Shown: positions 40,723-57,427, counted from the first letter of the stretch. The stretch is 64,000 nucleotides of DNA from Octopus vulgaris (GCA_951406725.2 OX597817.1:118110001-118174000); one strand, 5' to 3'. Numbers and translations: made by a program. Notes: a model not told the origin generated them from the sequence alone.

Positions 40723-42775
40723 CCCTTGGTCAACTACAGAAAATGTATGTCACTAATTACCTAATGGACCCAATATCTTTTTTTTAATTAAATTTTATTC
40801 AAGCTACCACTATTTTTTAGCCACATTATATAAAGTATCACAAATACAGCTGCTTAAAGAGTATATAATTTTTTTTAAATTACAAAAATACAGAATTACA
40901 GCTCTTCATGGCAGTGAATGCAGACAACATTGGAACGTTCTTGGCAAATATCGATCTTACAATTCTTACATGGAGTACGAGTCTTCCTGTCATTTTTCTT
41001 TGGCTGAGGAATCTCAAAGGAGTTTGAAGATTGTCTTCTTTTCTTGTTTGGTTGAGAAATGTTAGCGGAACTAGAAGATTGTTTATCATGTTCTTGTTTA
41101 GCATTAACTCCAGCAAGTTCCTTTCCTAACTGAATTACGCATTGTCATCTTTTATCCGTGAAACTATGCAAATGAAGCTGTTTAGCAACAATGGAAGTAT
41201 TCACTGTACTTATATCAATCGTCTTGTAGAATATAACCATAGGCTATCTTCAAGTAATTCTTTTGGCAAATGTATGTCCTTAACATCTTATCTAGGGTAT
41301 CTACACCTCCTTTTGTTTTGTTATAACATGTAATAACTTCAGGTTTCTTTTCAGAACTATTGTAGCAGGCTACAATCAATTGTAGGCAGAGTGCATTGCA
41401 ATCTTAAGTGTGACTACATAATAAGATAGGATCATAGAATCCCTTTGAAATCCAAATATTTTGCTGTAAGTTATTCTTTCTTTTCCATTTGAGAAAGTAC
41501 TTGTAAGTTCAACTCTATTCTTTCTATTTTTTCCAACTAAAGTAGAGTTCTTGCTAAGCAGCATTTGAGCAAAAATTATCATAAGTTATATTGCGACCAG
41601 TATTTTCAAGTTCTTTTACTAGGTCTTCAACAACTGTTGAATTTTGATATCTCTCTCGCACTTTTACAGGAACATTTCCAGTGTAGATTAGCATTTTCCA
41701 GATATTTAATTTCGCATATTACCCAAGATTTTAATTCCATATTTCCCTGATATTGAAGGAATATATACTCTGAATGGGCAGCGCCATCTGAATGAAACTA
41801 ACTGTTCATCAACTGTCATGCATGAATCTAGAACATATGCATCTTGCAAATTCTGATTCCACATTTCAAATACTTCTCTTATGGGCTCCAGTTTATCATC
41901 ACTTCTCTTTTTTCTTCTTGCACTATCATCATCAAATCATAATACTTGTAAAAATATGTTGAAATCTTCCTCGGCTCTTAATTTGTTGAATAATGTGTCC
42001 AATAAATTTCCTTCCCTTTATCTTTGTAAATAATCTGACCTTCAACATTTGTTCATTCATAATTGGCTGGTTTCCAGATAATTGCTTTTGAGTATCTTCA
42101 TCATCTGTTGATACAGAAGCTGTCCAGCAGACAATCACATTCACCATCATCTTTAGAGCAATACAAGGAATCACTACTATCTTCTTCCCATTCTTCATCT
42201 TATTCCAATAACCTTTTCGATATTGGGTCTTCACTCAAGTTTTCATGTCTGAGAATATTGGAAAGCACAACTGAACTATATGAAATTTGATAGCAGACTA
42301 AAGGCAAATATTTCTCTCTCACATATTTATACTCTCCTGAAAGACAATGCAGTATATTGTAAGAATTGCGTCATGACATACACATATTGCATCACCCTAT
42401 AACCTAGCAGATTGTATGTGATGCAGTACCACAGAAATTTACAGGAATATTTTCACAATTTTTCCTATTTTATCTAAAATTCAGCAAATAGATCGAATAC
42501 AATTTTATCTATTTTATATCTGATAAATATCTAGGAACATCATATTTGACACTGCTTTTATTATGTTTTGAATGAAAAGAGTATCGTCTGAATTTAATTT
42601 GAGGGTCCAATGAACGTATACGGTAATTAATATATGAAATGAAATTTTCTAGCTTTTATAAACATATGAAAAATTACCCATTTGACAAATAAAAGAGTGT
42701 CAAGAAAAATAAAAGTCACGAGAAATCAGTAGGCAAAAAAGCAACTGAAAAAAATACTGAAATGGGTCCATTTGA
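40723..42775 (-). mobile_element. Decayed piggyBac element (PGBD4-like transposase pseudogene ~40880-42280); right boundary uncertain
   Basis: TTAA|CCCTT terminus at 40719-40727. Minus-strand motifs: MTVDEQLVSFRWRCPFRVYIP..GKYGIK, RNITYDNF, YNKTKGGVDTLDK and Cys-rich CKNCKIDICQERSNVVCIHC. ATGGACCCA (~40764) is mirrored by TGGGTCCAT (~42763). Confidence 0.88.
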
Positions 42776-43542
42776 TAAAGCTCCTGCTTTATCAAATATA
42801 AGGGCATACACTATATTATATTTGTAGCCTGTAAAATTTATGAGTTACATCCTGTCTTTATCTGCTCTGGTATTTTCAGTGTGCTGTTCAGTGTTTGCGT
42901 GCAGATGGTTTTCTGATATTTAATTTTGAAATCACACCAGTCATGTTTCGATTCCTCAATTGCACATGCAGTATACATATTAGAAAATAATTATCTCAGA
43001 TGAACTGCCTTGTGAGTTAGTTCTGCTTCTTCTGAAGTATATTTCAAATGCCTAAGGGCAAATTAGTGTCCATAGGGACCATATTCTCTGCGGTAAATTA
43101 AGCGCAATCTCTATTTAAGCAAATAATACATTGATCTATGGATTGTTAGAAGAATTATCTGCGAGTAAAAACATTATGTTGTAATGGGTAATTTAAACAA
43201 ACCCACTAAAATCGTTTGCACTGCCACCTTTTTATCTATGTACTCAATGATTCTATTCTACTTTCTTTAAGTCTAATTGTCGATGCGACCAGCCAAAGCG
43301 GGTTGGGACTCCAACACACGAGGTATATCAAGCTACTTATATCATCTTGGCAGAGTTTGGAAAGAAAGGTAGTGCCTACTATGGGACTATACCTGAGCCA
43401 AACGTTTCACCGTGATTTTCAATGATGTGCAAATTTATTCATTCTTCTGGGCTGTTCACTGTTTGATCCCGTTGATTGATGCTGCACCCAAATATTCTCC
43501 CCATTTAAAGCATATCTGATATATATATATATATCTATTTCA

Positions 43543-43757
43543 AGGCTGAGAGGTGGCGGAAACTTTAGTAAACCGGGTGAAATGCTTAGCGATATTTCAT
43601 CTGTGTTTACGTTCTGAGTTCAAATTCCGCCGAGGTCGACTTTGCCTTTCCTCCTTTCAGGGGCGATAAATGAAGCACCAGTTAATAACTGGGGTCGATC
43701 TAATCGACCGGGCCCCTTCCCCCACATTTCAGGCCTTGTGCCTAGATTACAAAAGGG
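43543..43757 (+). mobile_element. tRNA-derived SINE family C, monomeric form
   Basis: B-box-like GAGTTCAAATTC, GAGGTCGACTTTGCCTTTC core and GGGGTCGATCTAATCGAC; multiple copies in the window. Confidence 0.85.
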
Positions 43758-46129
43758 TATATATCTGTTTCATTCAACTCATCAAAATTGGGCTCCTTTC
43801 CAGAAGCAAACTATACCAGGTCTTCGAGACTGGTGGGGAAGGAATAAAAGACGCAACAGCTGATGGATTAATATTCAAAATAGCGGCTTTTCGCAAGTTG
43901 AGGATCTAGACCGAACACTTGTAGCTAACAAGACTGTTAAATTTTCCAAAACACCAGTCGAGCGCAGACATGGTAAATTTTCTCTTAACTTATCAAAAAC
44001 GTCACAGACAAGGTTAACTGATAAAAATGCTAATTACGTGAGGATTCTACTCACCTCACGAGCTTCCCATTAACTTTCTCCATTCAATTTCACTGGCAGA
44101 TTGAGCTTCAATTTTAATTAAGAGTAAAAGAGACTAGTTCAACTTTTCATGCAATGGAATTGAACATAGGATCTCGTGATTCTAAAGTGAATTTCATAAA
44201 CACAAAGCCATGCTTCAGTTATATATTATACTAACCTAGGAAACTCAATGCTATTAAATCAAGAGCTCGCTTTGTAAAATATCGGTTTGATAAGTCATTA
44301 TAAGCTTCCCTAAGGAAACTTGACAAAGTTATACAAATTACTGTCAATTGGTTTTTCTTTCGGCCGAATTCGTATTGTACATTTCTACATTTCTTTTGTA
44401 GTCGCTGCAATCGTAATTGTTATTTCCTACATTGAGCTCGCAGAAATTACTGCAGAGAAAGTACATCTGCCAAAAATATATGATACGATTTCAGAATTGT
44501 ATAACAATTTGAAAGCAAAATGTCTTAAAAGTAATGATTTAATCCTAGTTGCTATATATTGTTTTGCAAACCTATTTCTATGTTATGTCTCTTAAAGAAA
44601 GTTTTGCGCATCCCAAATCAAATCATACAAAATGGATACTAAATATTTCGTTGAATAACATACTTTTCAGTTTGCTGAGGAACTCGTTGATATTGCATTT
44701 TCGAGTTAAACTCAGAGAAAACAATAACCTAATCGTCAGGAAATTGATACATCTGTCTTTATAGTCAATATTTTGTCCCTACTGTTTGCGTCAAATCATA
44801 TAATATATTACGAACAGTTCGTATGGTTTGCAAATCCTTGATGTTTCTTTGCTCTCATTATATTATCATCTAGAATGTGTAGCCTGTCTAACTTACCATC
44901 ATATATAAGTTATATTTCTACTGCATTTTGTTGCTTATATAGATCATTCTGTGATGTACGATATTGCCTTCAATATATGTGCTCGGTTAATCTGCACTGG
45001 GCTAATCTGATTATATCTGCCATGCTTATATGACATGTTTGGACCATAATTTGCTAAATAAGACCGTAAATCTACACGTTATATAAATTATTTGTGAACA
45101 AGTTAATTTCGATATAAGGAATTTCATTAGAGAGAGACACATCAATCTGATGTTTGGTACGACCTTGTTATATCACGTAGATTAGTTATAGTACAGTGTT
45201 ACGAATAATTTATGTGCAATTTAAACCAAACATTATGTAACTGTCCGTCATTTCTCCTATCAGTGACAACACACCAATCCGTATAATTCAGCGTAGGAAA
45301 GTGATTAATACTAGTCAGTATAAGCTGACTAAGTGAACTGTGAAGCTAATCGTCTTTCAGATTGTTTCTTTCTTACTCAATTTCTATTCTGCTACAACAT
45401 CTATTAATATACATTGCACTCTTTATTGGATAAAAAACCTCATTTGAATAAACGATCATTATTTGCATAAAAATTATTAATGTTAACGAATTAAAGCATC
45501 ATTATGTAATTTATTATGAAGCACGGTAATAACACGAATAATGGGACTACAAAAACAAGGCTAATTTAATCCAAAGAAAACAACTATCTAATGGGTAGTT
45601 TTGGTAGGATTGAGAAAGTGAGAGCTGGGTGGTTGATTTTAACTAGTTCAACAATTATGCAAACTTTCTCTCATTCAATGGTTTTTGATAGTTCTATGGA
45701 TAGTTACTATTGTTGTAACACACACAATGCACTTTCATTCACATACGGTTTAACTGTCATCATATCAATTTTTTATTTAAGCAGTATACATCCCGATCTG
45801 AATTGCATTTATTTAATGCTAGAGTGAGATAAAAGTAAGAGTTATTTGCAATTTCTGTCATCCCAAAGGCTAACAGTCAGCTCAAAAGCGGTTCAGAGGT
45901 ACAGATCCAGTCACCAGTGTTGGGGTGTTTCTATGGAGAGTTCACTCTATATCTTTTTTAATAACTTCACTTATTCAGTTGAAAAACGATAGGAAGTCAC
46001 AAAGAAACCAACTCCATAAGCGTTGGCCTCAAAAAAAATTGATGTTCATTAACCTGAAGCCTGAATCAAATTCTTCCTCTGGTTTGGCTATAGGGCGATG
46101 GAGCTTTTGATGTCTCAAAGACTTCAACT

Positions 46130-46372
<243 letters not shown>

Positions 46373-46540
46373 TACTTTTTTTCCTCTTTCAAATTTGCTT
46401 CCATTTCTTGCCGAGTGTCTTCCCGATTCCTAGGGCAAAGAAACTCATAGTACACACCGGTAGGCCATCAAACCAAACTCAATAGTTCGTTCAATTTTTT
46501 TTAAAGTTAAATTAAAATACATGGGTAGTAATAATTCTCA

Positions 46541-46632
<92 letters not shown>

Positions 46633-46633
<1 letters not shown>

Positions 46634-47690
46634 AATATAATACAAAGCGGAAAGAAACTACACTAATACACTGATCTCAGATGCCAACATAGCAGAAATG
46701 GTCAAAGAGACAAACAAAGCCAACAAGAACTCGAAGCTCTGGGTTAAAGTCTGAAACAGTAGGACTGATCCTCGCTGCACAAGACTAATCTCTGACTACG
46801 AACAACCGTGAAGGGAAATCAATGACAACGCCCTAATGCAAAATGAAGAATGTGCAGAATGAGACAGTTTACCACATCTTCTCTGGCTGTTCAGTGTTTG
46901 CCAAATCTGAATATACACACAGACACGACCGAGTAAATAATTTTATCCACTGGACATATCAACGTTACAATATGAAAACTGACAATAAATGGTATAAACA
47001 TATGCCAAGGAAGATACAATACAACCTCTACGCCACAATAATCTCGGATATGTCTTTTCAAAACGACATAGAAAGAAATGCAAATCACCCAAACATAATA
47101 ATTAATGATTGAAAAAAACACCTACAGATATGTATTGCATTACCCTCTGTTCAATATATTGTCCAAAAAGAAGCGGAGAATTTGTCAAAGTACAAAGACC
47201 TCGAAACTGAAGATGAGAGACATCAAGGGGAAATCAATACCTATAATAATTGCAGCATTGGACGTGATAAAAAAAAACAAATGAACATAAACGTAATTGT
47301 TATACATGGATCTTCAACACTACTCACTATCCAAAAACTATCCCTGCTAGGAACAGACCACATCCTACACAAGACACTATTATTCAATAATACAACCCAA
47401 ACAAAACAATCTAAAGGCACAAGACAGACTCTATATAGCAAATATGCAATAAAATAAACTACTACCAGCAGGCCCGATACTTAACGTATTACAAACACAA
47501 CAGACAATGCAAGCACTATTACAATAAAAGACTGTGTCACACCCCATAAAAAAGGAAACTGATGCAATACAATATCGTGAAGAGGTTGCATACGCTAAAG
47601 AAAATAACACAATGCTACACACACCCCGGCATAACACAAAGGTGTAACAGGTGATGCATTAGAAATTTACCTGAAACTACCAGATGCTAG
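46633..47690 (+). mobile_element. 5'-truncated R4/Dong-clade LINE (zinc finger, restriction-like endonuclease, 3' UTR)
   Basis: LKSETVGLILAAQD, ETVYHIFSGCSVFAKSEYTHRHDRV, ANHPNII, SKYKDLE, IQKLSLLGTDHIL; (GAT/AAT)n tail at 47691-47931. Confidence 0.85.
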
Positions 47691-47698
47691 ATAATAAC

Positions 47699-47734
<36 letters not shown>

Positions 47735-47825
47735 AATAATAATAATAATAATAATAATGATGATGATGATGATGATAATAATGATAATAATAATAATAAT
47801 AATAATGATGATGATGATAATAATG

Positions 47826-47913
<88 letters not shown>

Positions 47914-47931
47914 TAATAATAATAATAATAA

Positions 47932-48939
47932 TATGTACCAAGAAAAAGATGGGGGAGAGGACTGATTGAATTGCAAACCCAGCATTAGAGCAGAACAAAA
48001 CAGCTTTGTAATAAATGCCTCAGAGCCGCTATTATTGGAAGTTAGAATGTCAAGCTTGTGTAGGATAAAGCACTGTACAAGCACTTGAGAATGAATGAAA
48101 CTGACCATAGATGGATAAAGAAAAGAATACATGGACAATTTCATAGGGATGTTCAAGATAAGACAGAGAAAATAGATGGCTATGGATAACTAAAAGTGAT
48201 TTAAAACTGGAAACCGAGACTATAGTCTGTGTTGCCCAAGTGCAAGCATTAAGAGTTCAATAAATCAAATGCATTGATAGACAACAAATCCGAAAGTGAT
48301 AAGTGCACAATTTGTGGACAAATGGTGCAACCGTATGTCATATTACCAGTCAATGCACGCCATTATTCTAGAAAGAATGTTAGAGCCGTCATGACAATAT
48401 AGCATGGATAGTCCATTGGATACTTTGCAAATAGTATGAACTTGACTGCGCAAAAACGGATGCGAGGGTAAACCCGAAGGCATCATCGGAAATGATAATA
48501 CAAAGATCATATGGGATTTTATGATTCAGTGCGATCATGAGATAGTGAATAGGAAACCAGACATAGTCTTAATTGAGAAACAAAGCTAATGATGCTGGAT
48601 CATAGATATATTCTGCCCAGCTGACAACAAGGCATGTCATAAGGAAAAAAGGAAAGTCGAATGATATACCAGGTTAGCTTGGGAGGTTAAGCAGTCGCTG
48701 TCGCTGAAATGGTGGTGGCAGTAACTATAATTGCCGGAGTCGTGGGACCAGTGAGAAAAAATCTGGAGAAGAACATGGAACAAATAGGGGTTGCAATAAG
48801 GGTGGAGCACTTGCAGAAAACAGCACTGCTTGGAACCGCTCGAATACTCTGGATGGTACACGAAAAATAATGGGTGTTACCTTGAACAGCTGACTCCATA
48901 GTACATCCACAGTGTTACAAGCTTTGCAAAGACAATAGG

Positions 48940-48940
<1 letters not shown>
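47932..48940 (+). mobile_element. 5'-truncated R4/Dong-clade LINE, same family as 59345-62568
   Basis: Nucleotide-similar to 61567-62568 (shared CATGGACAATTTCATAGGGATGT, GACAATATAGCA, TGGGATTTTATGATT). Reads NRKPDIV and EHLQKTALLGTARIL. (AAT)n on both sides. Confidence 0.9.
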
Positions 48941-49026
<86 letters not shown>

Positions 49027-49052
49027 TTGATAATAATAATAATAATAATAAT

Positions 49053-49750
<698 letters not shown>

Positions 49751-49793
49751 TAACAACAACAACAACAACAACAACAATAATAATAATAATAAA

Positions 49794-50190
49794 TGCCCTG
49801 ATGCAGTACCCGGCACTGGCTCCCATGACATTTGATCTTAGCTGATTGGGAGTGTAAGCATGTATATATTTTGTCTTGGTATAAAAAATTGTCTAAAACA
49901 AATATTCTGCTGAATACCACAGATTTGCTTGGCATGTGTTTGACCTTAACAGATGAGCATGTCACTTGTTGGCTGGTGATGTGTGCATCTCAGACCACAA
50001 GCAGAAGTAGTGGCGGACCACCATAGCTATTTGTTGAGAAGAATTCTTTGGGGGTTTGAATAATTCACCTCTGGAAACATGAATGTTCTCTTCAACATCT
50101 TTAAAAAACCTTTATCCAGGGACCTTTTTAGCTGGATGGGTTACTCAACCTGACAAAAATCATATCCAGGCTCCACCTGCAAGGTCATGC
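49794..50190 (+). mobile_element. Same ~555-bp element, copy 2 (3'-truncated)
   Basis: Identical start AAATGCCCTGATGCAGTACC after (AAT)n; homology stops after CCACCTGCAAGGTCATGC. Confidence 0.85.
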
Positions 50191-52960
50191 ACCGGAAAAC
50201 TTCAGTTGTTGGTCTGCAGATTTACAAATCCGAACATTCCAATTTACTCTCCACACGTTTAAACATATTCTAATATTTTGATGAAGGTATCCCCAAAGCA
50301 AATACAACGAACCATCAGCTATCGCCAAACGTCTCCAAAATGCTTTCTTTGTCCAGCATGTCGTTTTATTGTCTTAGATGCGTCTTCGTTACGCAGTAAT
50401 TTACTTCAATTGAAGAGTGAAATAAAACACAAATTTATAGTCATCAAATGCTAACGTAATATAGTCCAGCTGTGTCTCCAGTAAAATATTTAAAAAAAAA
50501 AAAACATATCTCTTTAAATCTTGATTCCTATTTAAGGTTTGACATAAATATTACTGATACTTTTAAGTCAACAATTGTCGTTGTTATAAAGTTAAGAGAT
50601 TTAATTAAAAGAACAGTTAACCATCCCAATCATTTTTTAAAATTAGATAATGCAAACTGATGTGACTCTTCGCTCACCAGCGATTCCTCTCTTGCTTATA
50701 AGCTAGTCCCAAATATGCAGTATTTTCATTAATTTAAGGCAATCGATTGAAGAAAAGAATTACTAAGTAGCAGCTTGATATATTAGAAATAGCATCGCAC
50801 TGTGTTAAAAGAAGAACAAAATTAATAATAAAGCTGGAGATACACTTTGTCTGAAAAATGTGTGAAAGTTCATACCTCAAAATCTCCTTTCAATCAGACT
50901 ATCTACTAGGACACGATTAACTTCATCTAAAGAAACATTTTGAAACACATTTGTTCATATATGGTATTTTCATTACGTGTAGCTATTATTAGTCCTTTTG
51001 TATCCTGAAAATAGTTGTCTCCTCTACCTATTATATGCAATTCTGTCGTAATATCTCGCTATACCCGACAAAAAGTCTTATATATTGCTGTATAAATTTT
51101 ACATATATATTGAAATGAGATTAGAAACATATTTAATATAAAGTTGTAATACATATTTTCAGACATTAAAACTAACCGACACTGTAAAAGTCAATGAACC
51201 TTAAAAGTTTGTGCAGAGAAATCCCTTACCATTTCAAGGATGAAATGCTTACGTAGTTTCTAGACACGCTAAAAAAATCAACCATCCGATCTCTCTAGAA
51301 ACACAAATATCAATCTTTAAAAAGGATGCATGTGTGTTAAGATGTAGTCCTAGACTTCCTATGTCTAATTAAAGGTTGATATTTGTGAATTGAATGCTAA
51401 TCATCAAGTGTGACTTCAGCTGAAACAAACCCAACCACATGGGAATAAAATTTAATATGCAACTCCAACGTGTATGCCTACAACTAAATATTTACAATAT
51501 TTACAAATTATCACTTTTCAAGTATGTAAGAAAGAGGAAGAAAAGTGGAATGCGGTGGCATTTATTCAGAAAATCTGAAGCTATTATTTATTATTTTAGC
51601 ATAATTGTGTAACAGGTAAGTATAAATTAGACAGTAGTAATGGGCGAGATGTGAATGAAAATCTAATCTTTAATTACATGTAGAATAGTTAGCATTTTGA
51701 AAACAATAATGCTAACAAAAATATTATCTAGTTTTCTCTAGGGTAAACTATATTTCCAATCCGAAATTATAAATAACTGACTATTATCGCTGAGATATAG
51801 TAGATCAAAACATTTGTCGTTCAAATTCTAAATATGAACAAATTGTAGCTCGCAGGTAAATCAAATGATTAAAACACTAGGGAAATTTACATTTAATTAT
51901 CCATTCAGCATTCACTTTTTTTTAAACAATGTGTTGCTTCTGGATAATAAATACTCTTGTCAATTTACTCCGAGGATATGTATGTGGTTACCGAATGATT
52001 ATAATGTTGAATCTAAAATTAGATGGTTTTCAATAGAAACATGTTTTAATGATCAAAATCCAAATACATTGTTTAAATGTAGACCCATATAGATGAATTG
52101 AGGCCAAATTACTTATATTTCGTTTGTATTCAGATACTGTTATGTCGCACGTTCGGATGCCTCTACTACTCAACTTCGAATCTAGTCTGTTCTAGTCTGC
52201 TCCCTCTATACCTACGTTTTGGGCTAGTCTACTTCATCGTCTGGGGGCGTCCACACGACAGATACATAGCAAATTCTATACTCAACAAAGATTAGTCATA
52301 TATTTTCATTTTGCAACGTACACACTGTTCATAGTCATCGTATTCATCTACACTTGCGTACGCGTCTTGTTTTAGAATGGACATCAAACCGAGTTGCAAA
52401 GTGGTTTTAACTAATAATTCTGATTATATTTGTTTTTGTCTTTCTTCAAGCAAGTTCGATTGAACATATGTTCGATCAATGTTGCAGTTGTGACCATCTT
52501 AATTCCTAATATAGTATATAGTGTATTACGTGGTATTTCGTGGGACATTTAATGTTCTGAATCTGTTATAAAATAACAGTGTATATAATTCGTCAGAGAC
52601 GCAATTGCATTTCCTACCAACCAGATATTGGGTTGTTGACTGGCTTGTTATAATTTTAAGTGGTGCACTACGTTGTTTCGAAATACTACCTTCTTCACAT
52701 TTAATGTTGGTTCAGCTACTTATAATTTAGATGGTAATACTAACATTGTCAAACGATTACACATTGGGAGAGAGAATTTTGCCAATTAAACTGAATACCG
52801 TTTCTGCTGCTGAGATGATATGTCTGATTTCAGTTTTTCTCTTTATGATTTGAACTTAAACATAAAATCTCTTAGCTAAATTTTACAAGTTATTCTCAGC
52901 GACGCTGTACCGTTTCTACCAATACATTGTTCAAGGTAACAATACTGTTAGATGAAGAAT

Positions 52961-53031
<71 letters not shown>

Positions 53032-53061
53032 GAGATGTGGAACACGAGTTGTGATATATAA

Positions 53062-53960
<899 letters not shown>

Positions 53961-54503
53961 ATATATATCTTCGATACTTTAATATGAATTTCTGTAAAAG
54001 AAACACTAGCATCTGTTACATCGCAGAGGAATAAAATATACAAAAAGAATAGAGACTGAAACGAAATACTTTTAATAGGCTTTTTTTCCTGATACAAAAA
54101 TTGTATAACCAAATAATTAAACTAAACTGACTATACAGTTTACAAAACATTTGTCAATTGCCATTATAAGAAATATGTATTCTTGCCACATTGGTCGTGA
54201 CATGGTGTATTCATGGGTATTGGATCAGAGCCATCACGAGTAACCTCCATGTACGTAATACGCTTGTCACTTCAGAATGTACGCAAAACGACATACATGC
54301 ATGACTGATGACAAATATACAATGGTAATAGTGGATGATGTTTGAAATATGTTTTCATCTTAAAAACAAATACATCACAATAATATCATATTTAATCTCT
54401 TGAAAATTTCAATCCCCATTTTTCGCAATAGTGTTGTGATTCTATAAATTACAATCATAACTTTATTGACAAAGTATTTCTTAGGAATTAAATATATGAA
54501 ATG

Positions 54504-54889
54504 TGGAGGCGTAATGGCCCAGTGGTTAGGGCAGTGGACTCGCGGTCGTAGGATCGCGGTTTCGATTCCCAGACCGGGCGTTGTGAGTGTTTATTGAGCG
54601 AAAACACCTAAAGCTCCACGAGGCTCCGGCAGGGGATGTTGGTGATCCCTGCTGTACTCTTTCACCACAACTTTCTCTCACTCTTACTTCCTGTTTCTGT
54701 TGTACCTGTATTTCAAAGGGCCGGCCTTGTCACTCTCTGTGTCACGCTGAATATCCCCGAGTACTACGTTAAGGGTACACGTGTCTGTGGAGTGCTCAGC
54801 CACTTACACGTTAATTTCACAAGCAGGCTGTTCCGTTGATCGGATCAACCGGAACCCTCGTCGTCGGAACCGACGGAGTGCTTCTAAGG
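54504..54889 (+). mobile_element. Intact tRNA-derived SINE family B with 14-bp TSD
   Basis: TSD AAATATATGAAATG at 54490-54503 and 54890-54903; A box TGGCCCAGTGG and B box GTTTCGATTCC. Confidence 0.93.
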
Positions 54890-55804
54890 AAATATATGAA
54901 ATGATGAAGTAGAGATCTTGTTTCACAGTCTTGGTTATCTAATATCTTTAATATATTTCCCCCTTTCAAAATACTAGAGTGTAGTTTGGGTGGATATTTG
55001 AATGATATTTTTAGCACATTGACCCACAACATATAGGGTCTCAGGTTCGCTCAATCTGTACATGCAGGTTTTCACCCTGGTTCAAAACTCTGTATCTAGA
55101 ATTTCAATGTTTATATTAATCTTCATCTGATTAGATCGAAATATGATTATTTTTATAAGGTGTCTTTATTTAGTATTTACTATTTTACTCTGGGCACATT
55201 TTAATGTATGTAAATTAATGTCCAAAACATTATCTCTTTTCATTTAACATATACGCTGTCCTTTCAGGTGTAAAATGAAAGAAAGCTATTAAAAGAATTT
55301 TCATTTGATATTGCTAATATTTTTCTAAAGGGAATTTTGCATACATTCAAGTTTCTTTTTGTTTTAATTTTAGTGTGTTTAATACAAGGTTTGGAAATTC
55401 AATTGATCTCTTGAAGCGTAAGTGTTATAACCTTGAAATATTTGCATAAAACAGTTTAGATATTTTTTATACATCATAAACTACTTAGATAATGTTTGCT
55501 TCACTCGAAGTACAATGTAACAAAAATAAGGATGTGTAAGATAATTTTGCTATTAATTTATAGAAATTATTTTCTTACAATAATCTTTGCATTGTAAGAT
55601 TCTCCGTGTTCGATATTACATTGACTATCAGGAATTTAGGAGCACAGTTTCATTATTTCTAATGTTGCTATGTATCATAATTTGCATGCATATCTGCGGA
55701 GACTGTGTTACATACACGCTCACATACATACTTTCATAAACAGATAGAAATTGATACGTCTGTATGCCTATTTTTCAATTTTTATCTGTGTTTCTAAATA
55801 TTCA

Positions 55805-56195
55805 CTTCTACACTAGGCACAAGACCCTAAATTTTGGGGGAGGGGACCAGTCGATTAGATTCGACCCCGATACGCAACTGCTACTTAATTTATCGACCCC
55901 GAGAGAATGAAATGCAAAGTCGACCTCGGCGTAATTTGAACTCAGAACATAAAAACAGACGAAATACCTATTTCTATTTCTTTACTACCCACAAGGGGAC
56001 AAACAAGGACAGACAAACGAATTAAGTCGATTATATCGACCCTAGTGCGTAACTAGAACTTATTTAATCGACCCCGAAAGGATGAAAGGCAAAGTCGACC
56101 TCGGCGGAATTGGAACTCAGAACGTAGCGGCAGACGAAATACCGCTAAGAATTTCTCCCGGTGTGCCAACGGTTCTGCCGCCAGCTCACCACCTT
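55805..56195 (-). mobile_element. SINE family C, long form with internally duplicated core
   Basis: Minus strand starts AAGGTGGTGAGCTGGC. The block GTTCTGAGTTC..GCCGAGGTCGACTTTGC..GGGGTCGAT occurs twice. Confidence 0.88.
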
Positions 56196-56364
56196 TGTGA
56201 TTCTGAATATTATTGGAATTATGTTGTCGCTTTGCTTTCTAAATAATAATAAAAAATGCATCATTCATTGAGTTACATTTTTATTATCTCTACCTATAGG
56301 GAGGGATTTTACTGAATTTTTAGATTGTCGGAAGTTATACCTTACTCTTTTCTCTTACTCTTAG

Positions 56365-57190
56365 TATTCTGAGTTCAAATTCAGTTGAGGTTAGATTTAC
56401 TTCTTATCCCGCAGAGAGCGCTAAAATAATGTACTTTTCAAGTACTAGGTTTCATGGTATCAAATAGTCCTCTCCGCTCAAGATTACGACCTAGAGTCTA
56501 AATCGAAACAATTATCCCCGGCAATACTTGTGGTGTTTCCTGGTAGAATAGTGGGAGTGAAACATGTAATTTCATTGCCGCTGTTTTCGGTTCTTTATGT
56601 TCTCAGTTCAAATCCTGCTGAGATCAACTTCACCGGTCATGCTTCAAAAATAGCCAAAAGATATGTTACCAGCTATATGCTGAAGTCATATTGAGCGATT
56701 TACAATTTTCTCTAACTTCTGACTTTACAAATCTGCCATACTTTATCATAAATAGTCATAGGGTGGTGGATTGACAGAATAATAAGAGTATTGGATAAAT
56801 GCCACGTAGAATGCATTCCGGCTCTTTTATGTTCTCAGTTCAACTCCAGCCGATTACGATTTTGTATTTCATCCCTCTAAGATCGATAACATTAAGTAGC
56901 TGTCCAGTACGGTTTTTTATTTAATAGACTATTTTCTCTAACTTCTGGCTTTACAAATCTGCCATACTTTATCATAAATAATCACAATTCCTAGCATTGG
57001 GACTTTGTGCTAAAAAACTATAATTATTATAGTCACAGATGTGGTTATGTGGTAACAAGCTTCCTTCGTAACCACATGGTACTGGGTTCAGTCCCACTGT
57101 GTGGCACCTTGAGCAAGTGTCTAGTAGTATAGTCCCGGGCTGACCAAAGCCTTGAGTTAATTTGATAGACGAAACTGAAAGAGGCCTGCT
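56365..57190 (+). mobile_element. Cluster of three degenerate SINE-C copies and one partial SINE-A (57038-57190)
   Basis: TTCTGAG/TTCTCAGTTCAA cores at ~56368, ~56601 and ~56832; GGGTTCAGTCCCACTG at ~57084. Confidence 0.65.
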
Positions 57191-57385
57191 GCGTTTTGCG
57201 GCAATGTTTTCTGCTCTTAAAAGGATTTTATGCTTTATATATACTGTTCAGTATTTACGTGTTGACAAAATATATCTTTCTATATATGAATATATATTTC
57301 TGTGTATGTGTGTGATTCAGAAAAAATTACAAGCCACGAACAAATGCCCTCACTTTCCAAATAATAATGATACTACTACTACTAC

Positions 57386-57427
<42 letters not shown>

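Noticed and set aside
51585-51621. Perfect splice donor CAG|GTAAGT with a nearby upstream TTTTAG
   Set aside because: Longer upstream frames contain stops and the 16-nt microexon option has no support; a non-coding exon cannot be excluded without RNA-seq.
54504-54580. tRNA gene (also 16918-16995 and 21705-21780)
   Set aside because: The tRNA-like head continues into a repeated SINE body, with a TSD at the 54504 copy; no convincing acceptor stem.
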